Of a DNA stretch of 64,000 bases, positions 9,219 to 17,460 are shown piece after piece; positions within the stretch are counted from its first letter, which is position 1; every line of letters begins with the position of its first letter. The notes beneath the pieces were generated by a model. That model did not search any database, had not been told where the DNA came from, and saw only the letters and a list, made by a program, of their open reading frames with translations. Origin of the DNA: Thermoguttaceae bacterium. Its GTDB lineage: Bacteria; Planctomycetota; Planctomycetia; Pirellulales; Thermoguttaceae. Location of the stretch: assembly GCA_031549705.1 (NCBI GenBank), contig JAVBPI010000043.1, positions 30,770-94,769 of the forward strand. Reading direction: 5' to 3'. A program made the position numbers and the translations under genes.

Positions 9219-11267
9219 ATGTCGACAACTCTCGAAACCAGCACCGTTCCCGGCGTCCGAAATCTTTATCGGTTGGCGATCGTTTCCGCGATCGTCAGCG
9301 GGATGTTTTGTGCGGCGTTTATCGGACTGCTCCTTTACACGTTTAACGTTCCGTACCGCCCCGACAAACTCGACGCGATGAACGCCCCTGTCCCGGAAAC
9401 CACGGTGGACGGCAGTCCGATCCTCGCCAGTGATCCGAATTACCGGATTCCGGCGTCCGACCCGTTCAACCTGTTGCCGAGCGATTTCAAGGATTTTCTC
9501 GACCTGAAACGCCGTCTCGCTGCCGACAAAACGAACGAACAGCTCAAAACGCGGATTCGGGAGCTCGACCAAAAACTGCGGCTCGATTTCTTTAAGCGGC
9601 GGGACACGATCCGTTCGGCATCGCCGTTCCTGCTGCTCGCGGCGGTCGTTTTTCTCGTTTCGGTCCGAACAGCGGGAGTTCTTAGGCGGCGGCTCCCGAT
9701 TCCGTCCGGCGATCCCAAAGTCAAAGCCAGAATCGCAGAAAATCGACGGCTCCAACTCGGTTTCTTCGCCGTGGTCGCGGTTTCCATGACGTTCGTCGGC
9801 TTTGCAGTCGGCCTGCTCCTCGTTCCGGCGCCGGCGTTTGAACAGGTCCTCATCGGAAAACTCGCCCATGATACCGCCGCTGCGGCGAAACTCCACGCCG
9901 GCAGGGAAATGCCGGCTGCGTCAACAAAACAACCGACATTGACGGACGAACCGGTTCAGCGTATTACAGGCGACACGCCAAAAGAGGAACCGCTCGACCG
10001 GGACAAACTTCTCGCTGAACTCGAAAAGAATTGGCCGTCGTTCCGAGGACCGGACGGCAGCGGAATCTCGAAAGCCCAAAACCTTCCCCTGAAATGGGAC
10101 GCGACCAAGGACGAAAACGTCGTTTGGAAGACGGAAACGCCGCTGCCGGGAAAATCGTCGCCGATTTTGTGGGGAAACCGCCTGTTTTTGACCGGGGCCG
10201 ATAAAGAGAAACGGCAGGTGTTCTGCTTCGACACCGAAACAGGAAAACTCCTCTGGACGGCCGACGCCCCGTCGACACCGGAAAGCGCGAAAGCGTTCGA
10301 AGTAAGCGACGACACCGGATTGGCCGCCCCGACCGCCGTCACGGATGGACAACGGGTTTACGCAATGTTCGCCAACGGAGATATCGTCGCCGTCGGTTTC
10401 GACGGCAACGTCGTCTGGAGCAAGTCGCTCGGAATTCCGGACAGCTCCTACGGCTTTTCGAGTTCTCCCGCCCTCTATTTCGATCGGCTGATCGTTCAAT
10501 ACGATTTCGGCGACGGCTCCGAGGGGAAGTCGAAATTGTACGCTTTTGACACGAAAACCGGCAACATTGCCTGGGAAACGCCCCGTGAGCTGCCGAATTC
10601 CTGGGCGTCGCCGATCGTTCGGAAGATCGGCGAGAAATATCAGATTATTACCTGCGCGGATCCGTTCGTGGTGGGATACGATGCCGAAGACGGCAAGGAA
10701 CTTTGGCGCTGCAAATGTTTGAGCGGCGATATCGGGCCGTCGCCGACCGGTTTCGGGAATTTCGTCGTCGTCACGAACCAGGGCCCGCGAACTTCGGCGA
10801 TCGACGCAACGGGAACCGGCGACGTTACGAAAACGAACGTCCTCTGGAACGGCTCAAACGCGTTGCCCGACACGCCGAGTCCGTTGGCGACCGGAAAAGC
10901 GGTTTACACATTCAGCTCGCAAGGATATTTGACCGCTTACGATCCGTCGAATATCAAGAACAACAAAGCGATGTACTGGGAGCTCGAGGTCGGCGGCGGC
11001 GAAGCGAGTTTCTACACGTCGCCGCTCCTCGTCGGCAACTTGATTTATCTCTTCTCGATGACGGAAGAAAGTCCGAAAGCATATATCGTCGACTTGTCGA
11101 AAGCGGAAATCGACGACAAGGGTTCGCTCAAGGAAGAGTGCACGGAAACGATGATCGTCGCCGCGAACCCGATGAGCGAACCGTGTGTGACAACCCCGGC
11201 GGCGCAGGACGGTCGAATTTTCATCCGCGGAAATAAGTCGGTATTTTGCTTTGGCGAGAAAAAGTAA
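9219..11267 (+). CDS. Membrane-anchored PQQ-like beta-propeller repeat protein (BamB-like fold)
   Basis: Three N-terminal hydrophobic helices are followed by repeated blades, for example VVWKTETPLPGKSSPILWGNRLFLTG..GKLLWTAD and GNIAWETP..SPIV, ending in GRIFIRG. Confidence 0.8.
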   Translation: MSTTLETSTVPGVRNLYRLAIVSAIVSGMFCAAFIGLLLYTFNVPYRPDKLDAMNAPVPETTVDGSPILASDPNYRIPASDPFNLLPSDFKDFLDLKRRLAADKTNEQLKTRIRELDQKLRLDFFKRRDTIRSASPFLLLAAVVFLVSVRTAGVLRRRLPIPSGDPKVKARIAENRRLQLGFFAVVAVSMTFVGFAVGLLLVPAPAFEQVLIGKLAHDTAAAAKLHAGREMPAASTKQPTLTDEPVQRITGDTPKEEPLDRDKLLAELEKNWPSFRGPDGSGISKAQNLPLKWDATKDENVVWKTETPLPGKSSPILWGNRLFLTGADKEKRQVFCFDTETGKLLWTADAPSTPESAKAFEVSDDTGLAAPTAVTDGQRVYAMFANGDIVAVGFDGNVVWSKSLGIPDSSYGFSSSPALYFDRLIVQYDFGDGSEGKSKLYAFDTKTGNIAWETPRELPNSWASPIVRKIGEKYQIITCADPFVVGYDAEDGKELWRCKCLSGDIGPSPTGFGNFVVVTNQGPRTSAIDATGTGDVTKTNVLWNGSNALPDTPSPLATGKAVYTFSSQGYLTAYDPSNIKNNKAMYWELEVGGGEASFYTSPLLVGNLIYLFSMTEESPKAYIVDLSKAEIDDKGSLKEECTETMIVAANPMSEPCVTTPAAQDGRIFIRGNKSVFCFGEKK

Positions 11268-11286
11268 TTTTAACAACAAAAACAAC

Positions 11287-11549
11287 GTCATCCCCGCGCA
11301 GGCGGGGACCTAGACGAAAAAGATCCAACCGTTTGCATCCGTAATTTACGGACAAATACAATCAATATCGTGTGCAACGGTTCAACGAAGTTTTAATGTG
11401 GTGGCAATAAAAAATGAACGGAGCCGTGTTTTGTACGGAGCGTAGCATAGTTCAAAACACGGCGGACCATCCAAACAGTCGGTCAAGCACCGGATCAAAT
11501 TTTATCACCTGCTCAATATTCTCTAGATCCCCGCCTGCGCGGGGATGAC
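11287..11549. repeat. REPIN/MITE-like element, repeat family 1
   Basis: It has 28-nt terminal inverted repeats, GTCATCCCCGCGCAGGCGGGGACCTAGA (11287-11314) and its complement (11522-11549), with one mismatch. Each arm contains a CCCCGC/GCGGGG hairpin. The interior carries the ~120-nt module also found at 49971-50090. Confidence 0.8.
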
Positions 11550-12516
11550 GGATTATTTTACAAGGAAACCTCTCTTGTCCACGGCTCAGCAAACGCGTAC
11601 CTATTTGATGAAGAAGTTCGAGGCGATGGGAATCCATCCGCAATCGCGACTCGGACAGAATTTTTTGATCGACCTGAACTTGTTGCGGTTGCTGCATGAA
11701 TCGGGGACCATCGAGCCGCACGACGTGGTGCTGGAAGTCGGCACCGGAACCGGTTCGCTCACCGCTCCGATGGCGGACAAGGCGGCCGTCGTGATTACCG
11801 TCGACGTCGATCCCGTGATGCAGGAATTAGCGCGACAAGAACTTTTCGGTCACGAAAATATCCGGTTCCTCAAAATGGATATTTTGAAGAACAAAAACCG
11901 GCTGCGGCAGGAAGTGCTCGACATGGTCAAGGAAGAGCTCGCCAAGCCGGGCCCGGACGGGATGCAGCGACGGTTCAAACTCGTCGCGAATTTACCGTAC
12001 AGTATTGCAACGCCGCTCATTTCGAATCTGCTGCTGACCGACACGCCGCCGGCGCTCTGTTGCGTGACGATTCAAAAGGAGCTCGCCGACCGGATCGTCG
12101 CCAAGCCGGGAACCAAACATTGGGGGGCTCTCGGGCTCTGGCTGCAATCGCAATGCCGCACGGAAATCGTCCGGATCATGCCGCCGAGCGTTTTTTGGCC
12201 CCGTCCGAAAGTCGACTCGGCGATCGTTCGTTTATATTTGGACGAAAAGAAGCGGAAGAAGATTCCGGACTTGAAGTTCTTCAACGAGTTTTCCCGGGCG
12301 ATCTTTTTTCATCGTCGGAAGTTTTTGCGTGCGGAATTGTGCAGCGCGTTCAAGTACACGATTCCGAAACAACGGATCGACGAAATCATGGACGAAATGG
12401 AATTCGACACCAACACCCGCGCCGAAACGTTGCCGATCAAAACAATGCAACGGCTCTGCGAACTTTGCCGCCAGGAATTGCTCAAACTCCCCGTAGAAGA
12501 CCGCAAAATTCTTTGA
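11545..12516 (+). CDS. rsmA: 16S rRNA (adenine1518/adenine1519-N6)-dimethyltransferase
   Basis: Motifs present are RLGQNFLIDLNLL and the SAM-binding VLEVGTGTGSLT. Length is right for KsgA. The ATG at 11545 lies inside the right arm of the family-1 repeat. An alternative ATG is at 11608. Confidence 0.9.
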   Translation: MTDYFTRKPLLSTAQQTRTYLMKKFEAMGIHPQSRLGQNFLIDLNLLRLLHESGTIEPHDVVLEVGTGTGSLTAPMADKAAVVITVDVDPVMQELARQELFGHENIRFLKMDILKNKNRLRQEVLDMVKEELAKPGPDGMQRRFKLVANLPYSIATPLISNLLLTDTPPALCCVTIQKELADRIVAKPGTKHWGALGLWLQSQCRTEIVRIMPPSVFWPRPKVDSAIVRLYLDEKKRKKIPDLKFFNEFSRAIFFHRRKFLRAELCSAFKYTIPKQRIDEIMDEMEFDTNTRAETLPIKTMQRLCELCRQELLKLPVEDRKIL

Positions 12517-12538
12517 GGATGTCCCGGAGCCGCCGTCG

Positions 12539-13246
12539 TCAGGAGCCAATCTCAAATTCCGTCCAAGCGGAGGGAAGGGGAGCGACGAGTTGGACCGGCT
12601 CCTTCGTCATCGGATGCAGAAACGCGATCGATCTTGCATGGAGAGCGACGGCCCGTTGCCGTTCATCGTCGAACCGTTCGCCGAACGGACGTGTCGAGCC
12701 GTACATCGCATCGCCGAGAATCGGGTATCCGTGCGTCGACGCCTGCAAACGGATTTGATGCATCCGCCCCGTTTCAAGACGGATTTCAAGGAATGTCGCG
12801 TTTTTGTCCGCAAATCGTTTCAGGACGATAAATTGGAGAATCGCCTCCCGTGCATCCGGATTGATCGGCGCAACGATTTCCGCGACCGCTTTGTCCGGAA
12901 CCTTCCGCATGTAATCGATCCATGTCCCGCTTTCCTCGGCAACGAGACCGTCGACGATCGCCCAATACGTTTTGTCGACCTGTCGGGCTTCAAACTGTTC
13001 GGAAATTCGATGCGTCGCCCGGGAGTGTTTTCCGAACAGAATCACGCCGGAAACGGGCCGATCCAACCGATGCGGCACGCCGAGATATCCGTTTTCGCCG
13101 CGTCCCTCGGTTTCCATCAGATACGCCTTGACCCGCGTTTCCAGCGAGTCGATGCCGATGGGCGCCTGCGAGAGAAGTCCCGACGGTTTGTTCACCGCAA
13201 GGACCGGTCCTTCTTCGTACAAAATATCGAAATCGGGTTGGGGCAT
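12539..13246 (-). CDS. RluA-family pseudouridine synthase
   Basis: It has the catalytic block HRLDRPVSGVILFGK, and KTYWAIV and HQIRLQ blocks. I chose the ATG at 13246 (MPQPDFDILYEEGPVLAVNKPSG). The listed longer ORF would overlap the upstream gene. Confidence 0.85.
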   Translation of the reverse strand: MPQPDFDILYEEGPVLAVNKPSGLLSQAPIGIDSLETRVKAYLMETEGRGENGYLGVPHRLDRPVSGVILFGKHSRATHRISEQFEARQVDKTYWAIVDGLVAEESGTWIDYMRKVPDKAVAEIVAPINPDAREAILQFIVLKRFADKNATFLEIRLETGRMHQIRLQASTHGYPILGDAMYGSTRPFGERFDDERQRAVALHARSIAFLHPMTKEPVQLVAPLPSAWTEFEIGS

Positions 13247-13254
13247 GTCGTTCC

Positions 13255-15000
13255 TCAGGGGAGAACCCGGTAGAAAAAGCGTCCTTCCGGGGCGGTGTCG
13301 CCGTTCAAATAGAGGTCCATCGGATCGCCGGGGGACTGGGCGTTGTCGATCCATTTGAAGTCGGGCAATTTTTCGGACGTTTTCATTTCCAGTAACGAAA
13401 TCGGAACACTCAGCTGCAATTCGTTGCCGACCATCTTGTAGTCGACCTTGCCGACGGTCTTCCATTCCCAAGCATTGCCGACAATTCGTTCGACGCTCAT
13501 CGTCGTGCCGTCGGTTTGGCGACCGATCAACACGTCACCGCCGATCCAACCGGTTTTCAAATCGTGGTCCGTGTCGAGGAGCAACCAGACCCCATGTGGG
13601 ACCGGCGACGGCTTGATCGGTTCGACCGTCTTCAGGTAGAAATAAACGTTCTTGTCGTCTCTCACGATTTTCGAAACGGATAAATCGTTCCGGCCGCTCG
13701 TGTTTCGAATCGGCCTGCCGACTTGGTCGAGATGGTCGCGGTGGATGGTTTCGCCGTGATGGTCCCGCAATTCAGGAGCAACGTCGTTCCATTGGCTCAT
13801 CGGACCATTCAAGTTGATCGTTTTCGGAGCGGAAAATTTCGGCAGCGACGGAACTCCTTTGTACTTGCGAACACCTTCGACGAGTTGCATGTAATAGCTG
13901 TCGCCGTGTCCACCCTTCACCGGCTCAATGTCGCGGCTGTGCTCGGCATCGAATTGGTCGACGAACGCAACCGGCTGCCCCGGATATTGCCAACGCCCGG
14001 CGATCCATTCGTTCCAACCCGTTACGAAAACGACCGGCGGGTCGAGTTCATAAGCCCGCTTCCACTGTTCGGCGAAGTTGTGTCCCTTTTCCGTTTCCCG
14101 GGGATACTCCGTCAACCCGTCGTGAAAGGAGCGGCCCCGGGCGTTTCCGGAGCTCATATTCGTTACAGTTCCGTCTTTCCGGGACAAATTCTGCGCAACG
14201 GAAACATTAACCATCTCCGGCTTTTTCGGATCGGTCGTGTATCCGTACGGTTGCGGATACGTCGCTTCCCAATGCCAGGCGAACGGCGTATCGACCATTT
14301 GGAACGGCCAATGGGCTTTACGCAACGTGAAAAACGCCTTGAGTTCGTCGTCCGCGGCGGCCGGGTCGCAGATCATGAGCGGTTTGTCGTCCCACTGGAA
14401 CCAGAGTTCGCGGTAGTCTCCCGGTTTGTAGAGATCGTCGTAGATTTTCCGTGCCGTTTTTCCCGCCTCCGTGTTCACCATGAACGCGATCTGCGGCGTC
14501 TTCTCCCCTTGGGCACGGAGTTCCGAGAAAACCTTGCACAAAGCCCGATACGCTTTCGGATACGTTACGGCGTTTGTCGTGTCGAAAATCAGGAAGTCGA
14601 TTCCCGCATCGGACAAGAGGTAAGCGTGCCGCCGGAGCACCCACGGATCGTCGGTTTTGTAATATCCGTACAGCGGCTCGTTCCAATAATGGGACAAGCC
14701 GACCTGATTCGTCCAAAGCTCCATGTTCGGTTTTTTGACCGCATCGGGATCGAGCTTGAGAACTTGCGAAACGTCCGGCGGGCCGTCGTGGTACGCCGCT
14801 TTCGGGAGCGTCGCGTCGTGCCAGAGGAAATAGAACATTGCCGTAACGCGATTCGGTTTCGTCGAAGAAATCGTCTGTGCCGTTTCGACCGGTCGTTCCA
14901 AAGCGTCGATGCCCGGCCAAGGGGTTCCGTCATTCTGTGCGAAAATCGACGAAACCGACAGCAAGAATAGGACGGCGACCGCCCATCGGGAGAGAGTCAT
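13255..15000 (-). CDS. Secreted protein, possibly glycoside-hydrolase-like; function uncertain
   Basis: It has a signal peptide (MTLSRWAVAVLFLLSVSSIFA). The N-terminal region (FYFLWHD..WNEPLYGYYKTDDPWVLRRHAYLLSDAGIDFLIFDTTN) looks like a TIM-barrel glycosidase-type domain, and the C-terminal ~150 aa looks like a beta-sandwich. The gene is confident; the product name is not. Confidence 0.6.
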   Translation of the reverse strand: MTLSRWAVAVLFLLSVSSIFAQNDGTPWPGIDALERPVETAQTISSTKPNRVTAMFYFLWHDATLPKAAYHDGPPDVSQVLKLDPDAVKKPNMELWTNQVGLSHYWNEPLYGYYKTDDPWVLRRHAYLLSDAGIDFLIFDTTNAVTYPKAYRALCKVFSELRAQGEKTPQIAFMVNTEAGKTARKIYDDLYKPGDYRELWFQWDDKPLMICDPAAADDELKAFFTLRKAHWPFQMVDTPFAWHWEATYPQPYGYTTDPKKPEMVNVSVAQNLSRKDGTVTNMSSGNARGRSFHDGLTEYPRETEKGHNFAEQWKRAYELDPPVVFVTGWNEWIAGRWQYPGQPVAFVDQFDAEHSRDIEPVKGGHGDSYYMQLVEGVRKYKGVPSLPKFSAPKTINLNGPMSQWNDVAPELRDHHGETIHRDHLDQVGRPIRNTSGRNDLSVSKIVRDDKNVYFYLKTVEPIKPSPVPHGVWLLLDTDHDLKTGWIGGDVLIGRQTDGTTMSVERIVGNAWEWKTVGKVDYKMVGNELQLSVPISLLEMKTSEKLPDFKWIDNAQSPGDPMDLYLNGDTAPEGRFFYRVLP

Positions 15001-15044
15001 GGGGCTCGGCGGGGAAGAGGATTATGTACGGAGTACCAAACTCC

Positions 15045-15184
15045 GTCATCCCCGCGAAGGCGGGGACCTAGAGAATAGACGCGAACATTTTTTGCACACG
15101 GATCCAATGGGATTCGTCCGTTGATTGCGTGTGCAAACGGTCAACAAAACCATTCGTCCAGGTCCCCGCCTTCGCGGGGATGAC
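15045..15184. repeat. REPIN-like element, repeat family 1
   Basis: The arms are GTCATCCCCGCGAAGGCGGGGACCTAGA (15045-15072) and its inverted copy (15157-15184). It lies between the rplS stop and the start of the downstream gene. Confidence 0.8.
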
Positions 15185-15206
15185 GAAAAATGATTTCACT
15201 GTCGAT

Positions 15207-15647
15207 TTATTCGGCCTTGGGGGCTTTCGCGGTCTTTTGCTTCCCCTTCGAACCGCGACGAACCTTCTTGACGGCGGTCTCGGCGGTCACTTTGCGTTCG
15301 ACACGACGTTCCTTGAGACGGACCGCTTTGCCGACACGATCACGGAGGAAGTACAGCTTCGCACGGCGAACCACGGCGCTGCGGACGACTTCGACCTTGG
15401 CGATGCGCGGCGAGTGGAGCGGGAACTTTCGTTCGACCCCTTCACCGGCAACGATTCGTCGCACCGTGAACATTTCACGCGTTCCGCCGCCGCTGCGGGC
15501 GATCACGACGCCGTTGAAAATTTGAGTCCGTTCTTTTTCCCCTTCGAGGATCCGGCAATGAACGTTGACGGTATCACCGATTTCAAACTCCGAGACTTCC
15601 GCCTTCTTGCTGTGCGCCTCGACGATATTAAGTAGTTTCTGGGACAT
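15207..15647 (-). CDS. rplS: 50S ribosomal protein L19 with basic C-terminal extension
   Basis: The sequence MSQKLLNIVE..FEIGDTVNVHCRILEGEKERTQIFNGVVIARSGGGTREMFTVRRI..GVERKFPLHSPRIAKVEV is unmistakably L19. The ATG is at 15647. The listed start at 15737 reads through the heptamer array. Confidence 0.95.
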   Translation of the reverse strand: MSQKLLNIVEAHSKKAEVSEFEIGDTVNVHCRILEGEKERTQIFNGVVIARSGGGTREMFTVRRIVAGEGVERKFPLHSPRIAKVEVVRSAVVRRAKLYFLRDRVGKAVRLKERRVERKVTAETAVKKVRRGSKGKQKTAKAPKAE

Positions 15648-15655
15648 GATATAAA

Positions 15656-15752
15656 CGTGGTTCGTGGTTCGTGGTTCGTGGTTCGTGAAGAATTCATCAT
15701 CGACGGCCGGCTTTCTAAAGCACGAACCACGAATCACGAATCACGAATCACG
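15656..15752 (-). repeat. Inverted pair of heptamer arrays at the trmD/rplS junction
   Basis: On the plus strand, 15656-15687 is (GGTTCGT)x4, which reads ACGAACC on the coding strand and ends 8 nt before the rplS ATG. 15721-15752 is CACGAAC/CACGAAT units and overlaps the trmD stop. A 33-nt spacer lies between them. Confidence 0.9.
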
Positions 15753-16447
15753 GTAATCAAATCTGGTCTTTTTTCTTTCGTTCGTTCCAAACTGTTTTGC
15801 TCTCTCCAGCGGGCGATTTCGGCGTGGTTGCCGCTGAGGAGCACTTCGGGAACTTCAAGTCCCCGGTATTCTCTGGGCCTCGTGTAATGAGCACAGTCCA
15901 ATAATCTCTTTCCGGGACAAACACCGTCGGACGAAAACGAATCAAACCGATTCGAGTCTTCGTCCCCCAGCACACCGGGGATCAATCGCATCACGGCTTC
16001 GATCACGACCATCGCCGCGACCTCACCGCCGTTGAGCACATAATCGCCGAGGGAAATCTCCTCCGGTTTCAGGAGGTTCACGATTCGCTCGTCAAATCCC
16101 TCGTACCGTCCGCAAAGCATCAGCAAGCGTTTTTCGTTCGCCAATTCCTCCGCAAGCCGCTGGTCGAACCGTCGTCCTTGCGGCGTAAACATCAACAAAC
16201 GACCCGATTCAGGTTCACGGCTCCGAACGTCTTCGACAGACGGCACAACACAATCGGCTTTCAGCACCATTCCTGGACCGCCGCCAAACGGTCTGTCGTC
16301 CATCTTCGCATGCTTATCGGTCGCCCAATCCCGCATGTTGTGCAACCGGACCGCCAGTTTTTCCGCGTCGATCGCCGCTTTCAACATGCTTTCCGAGAGA
16401 AAACCCTCAAAAATTCCCGGGAATAACGTGAAAACATCGAAGTCCAT
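15734..16447 (-). CDS. trmD: tRNA (guanine37-N1)-methyltransferase
   Basis: Motifs present are MDFDVFTLFPGIF, DDRPFGGGPGMVLK, LMLCGRYEGFDERI and SLGDYVLNGGEVAAMVVIEAV. The last codons (..IRDS-stop) are encoded by the heptamer array. Confidence 0.95.
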   Translation of the reverse strand: MDFDVFTLFPGIFEGFLSESMLKAAIDAEKLAVRLHNMRDWATDKHAKMDDRPFGGGPGMVLKADCVVPSVEDVRSREPESGRLLMFTPQGRRFDQRLAEELANEKRLLMLCGRYEGFDERIVNLLKPEEISLGDYVLNGGEVAAMVVIEAVMRLIPGVLGDEDSNRFDSFSSDGVCPGKRLLDCAHYTRPREYRGLEVPEVLLSGNHAEIARWREQNSLERTKEKRPDLITVIRDS

Positions 16448-16493
16448 TGGCCGTAAACGCCGGAACCTTCGGTTCGCGGGCTAAACAGGGAAA

Positions 16494-16961
16494 CTATTCC
16501 GCGGCCGCTTCAGTGGCTACCGGTGCTGCAACCGCTTCTTGAACGGCAGCTTGGGCCTTCGCTTCGACGGCTTCAGCGGCTTTTGCGGCCTCGGCGGCTT
16601 TTTCCTTCTTCGACTTGACCTTCAACGCCGGCGGCAGTTCGGTCGGAACCGACGGACGACGACGCAACGTACCAAGTCGGGCGACGGCCGCTTTCTGCGC
16701 TTCGAGGTGGGTTCCCTTCGTGCCGTATTTCTTGACGAGCGTCGCAACGCGGTCCGACATTTGGGCACCGACGGAGACCCAATAGTCGATCCGTTCGTTG
16801 TTCAGAACGGCGCGGGCGTCCGTTTCGGGGACCATCGGATCGTAGTATCCGACTTCTTCGATCACTCGACCGTCACGCGGGGAGCGAGCGTCGGTAACGC
16901 AAACACGGAAAAACGGTCGATGCCGCCGTCCCATCATCTTCATGCGAATTTTGACTGCCAT
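16494..16961 (-). CDS. rpsP: 30S ribosomal protein S16 with Ala/Glu/Lys-rich C-terminal extension
   Basis: The sequence begins MAVKIRMKMMGRRHRPFFRVCVTDARSPRDGRVIEEVGYYDP. The ATG is at 16961. The listed longer ORF translates the heptamer array as (EPRTTNH)n and is not credible. Confidence 0.95.
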   Translation of the reverse strand: MAVKIRMKMMGRRHRPFFRVCVTDARSPRDGRVIEEVGYYDPMVPETDARAVLNNERIDYWVSVGAQMSDRVATLVKKYGTKGTHLEAQKAAVARLGTLRRRPSVPTELPPALKVKSKKEKAAEAAKAAEAVEAKAQAAVQEAVAAPVATEAAAE

Positions 16962-17059
16962 GGTTCGTGGTTCGTGGTTCGTGGTTCGTGGTTCGTGGTT
17001 CGTGGTTCGTGGTTCGTGGTTCGTGGTTCGTGGTTCGTGGTTCGTGGTTCGTGGTTCGT
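16962..17059 (-). repeat. 14 perfect tandem copies of GGTTCGT (ACGAACC on the coding strand) directly abutting the rpsP start codon
   Basis: The 98 nt equal 14 x 7 with no mismatch, and there is no spacer before the ATG. Confidence 0.95.
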
Positions 17060-17073
17060 ATACCACGGCACGT

Positions 17074-17445
17074 CTACGACTCGCGATCCTGTTTAACTTT
17101 TGTACGTTTTTTGATTGAAACAGCCAGTCGATGCAGCATTGCCGATATTCGATTCGTTGTCGCAATACATTGTTTTCCGAAATCTTCGGGAAAATACCCG
17201 ATATTAATTCCGACATACAGTTGCGAGCGAACTTCGCCGCACGATCCCTTTGCATATCGGAGGAACAACAATAAATCTTTCGAAGTGTCTCGATCTGATC
17301 CTTCTGCAATGTTGCTTGAAATGGAAAGAGCAGCACGAGTAATCTGATCCCTGAATCCCCTGTCTTTCAGTGTAGATGTACTGGAATAAATATCCGCAGC
17401 CAATTGAACGGCGACTTTCCAAACATCCAAATCTTCAAAACGCAT
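17074..17445 (-). CDS. Four-helix-bundle protein (23S rRNA intervening-sequence protein / Avd-like family)
   Basis: Family hallmarks as I recall them are present: MRFEDLDVWKVA, SISSNIAEG and GSCGEVRSQL. It is about 120 aa. I chose the ATG at 17445. The listed start at 17463 is a GTG inside the repeat arm. Confidence 0.8.
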   Translation of the reverse strand: MRFEDLDVWKVAVQLAADIYSSTSTLKDRGFRDQITRAALSISSNIAEGSDRDTSKDLLLFLRYAKGSCGEVRSQLYVGINIGYFPEDFGKQCIATTNRISAMLHRLAVSIKKRTKVKQDRES

Positions 17446-17460
17446 TGGTTCCCTCTTCTT

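Noticed and set aside
16962-17336. The long N-terminal extension of the rpsP ORF reads (EPRTTNH)n. Similar extensions appear on the rplS (to 15737) and giant Fn3 (to 55642) ORFs.
   Set aside because: These are translations of the heptamer arrays and leaders. The canonical S16 and L19 N-termini begin at internal ATGs (16961, 15647), and the Fn3 protein motif begins at 55483.
17074-17445. I considered a diversity-generating retroelement because the four-helix-bundle protein is Avd-like.
   Set aside because: No reverse transcriptase and no template/variable repeat pair are visible anywhere in the window.
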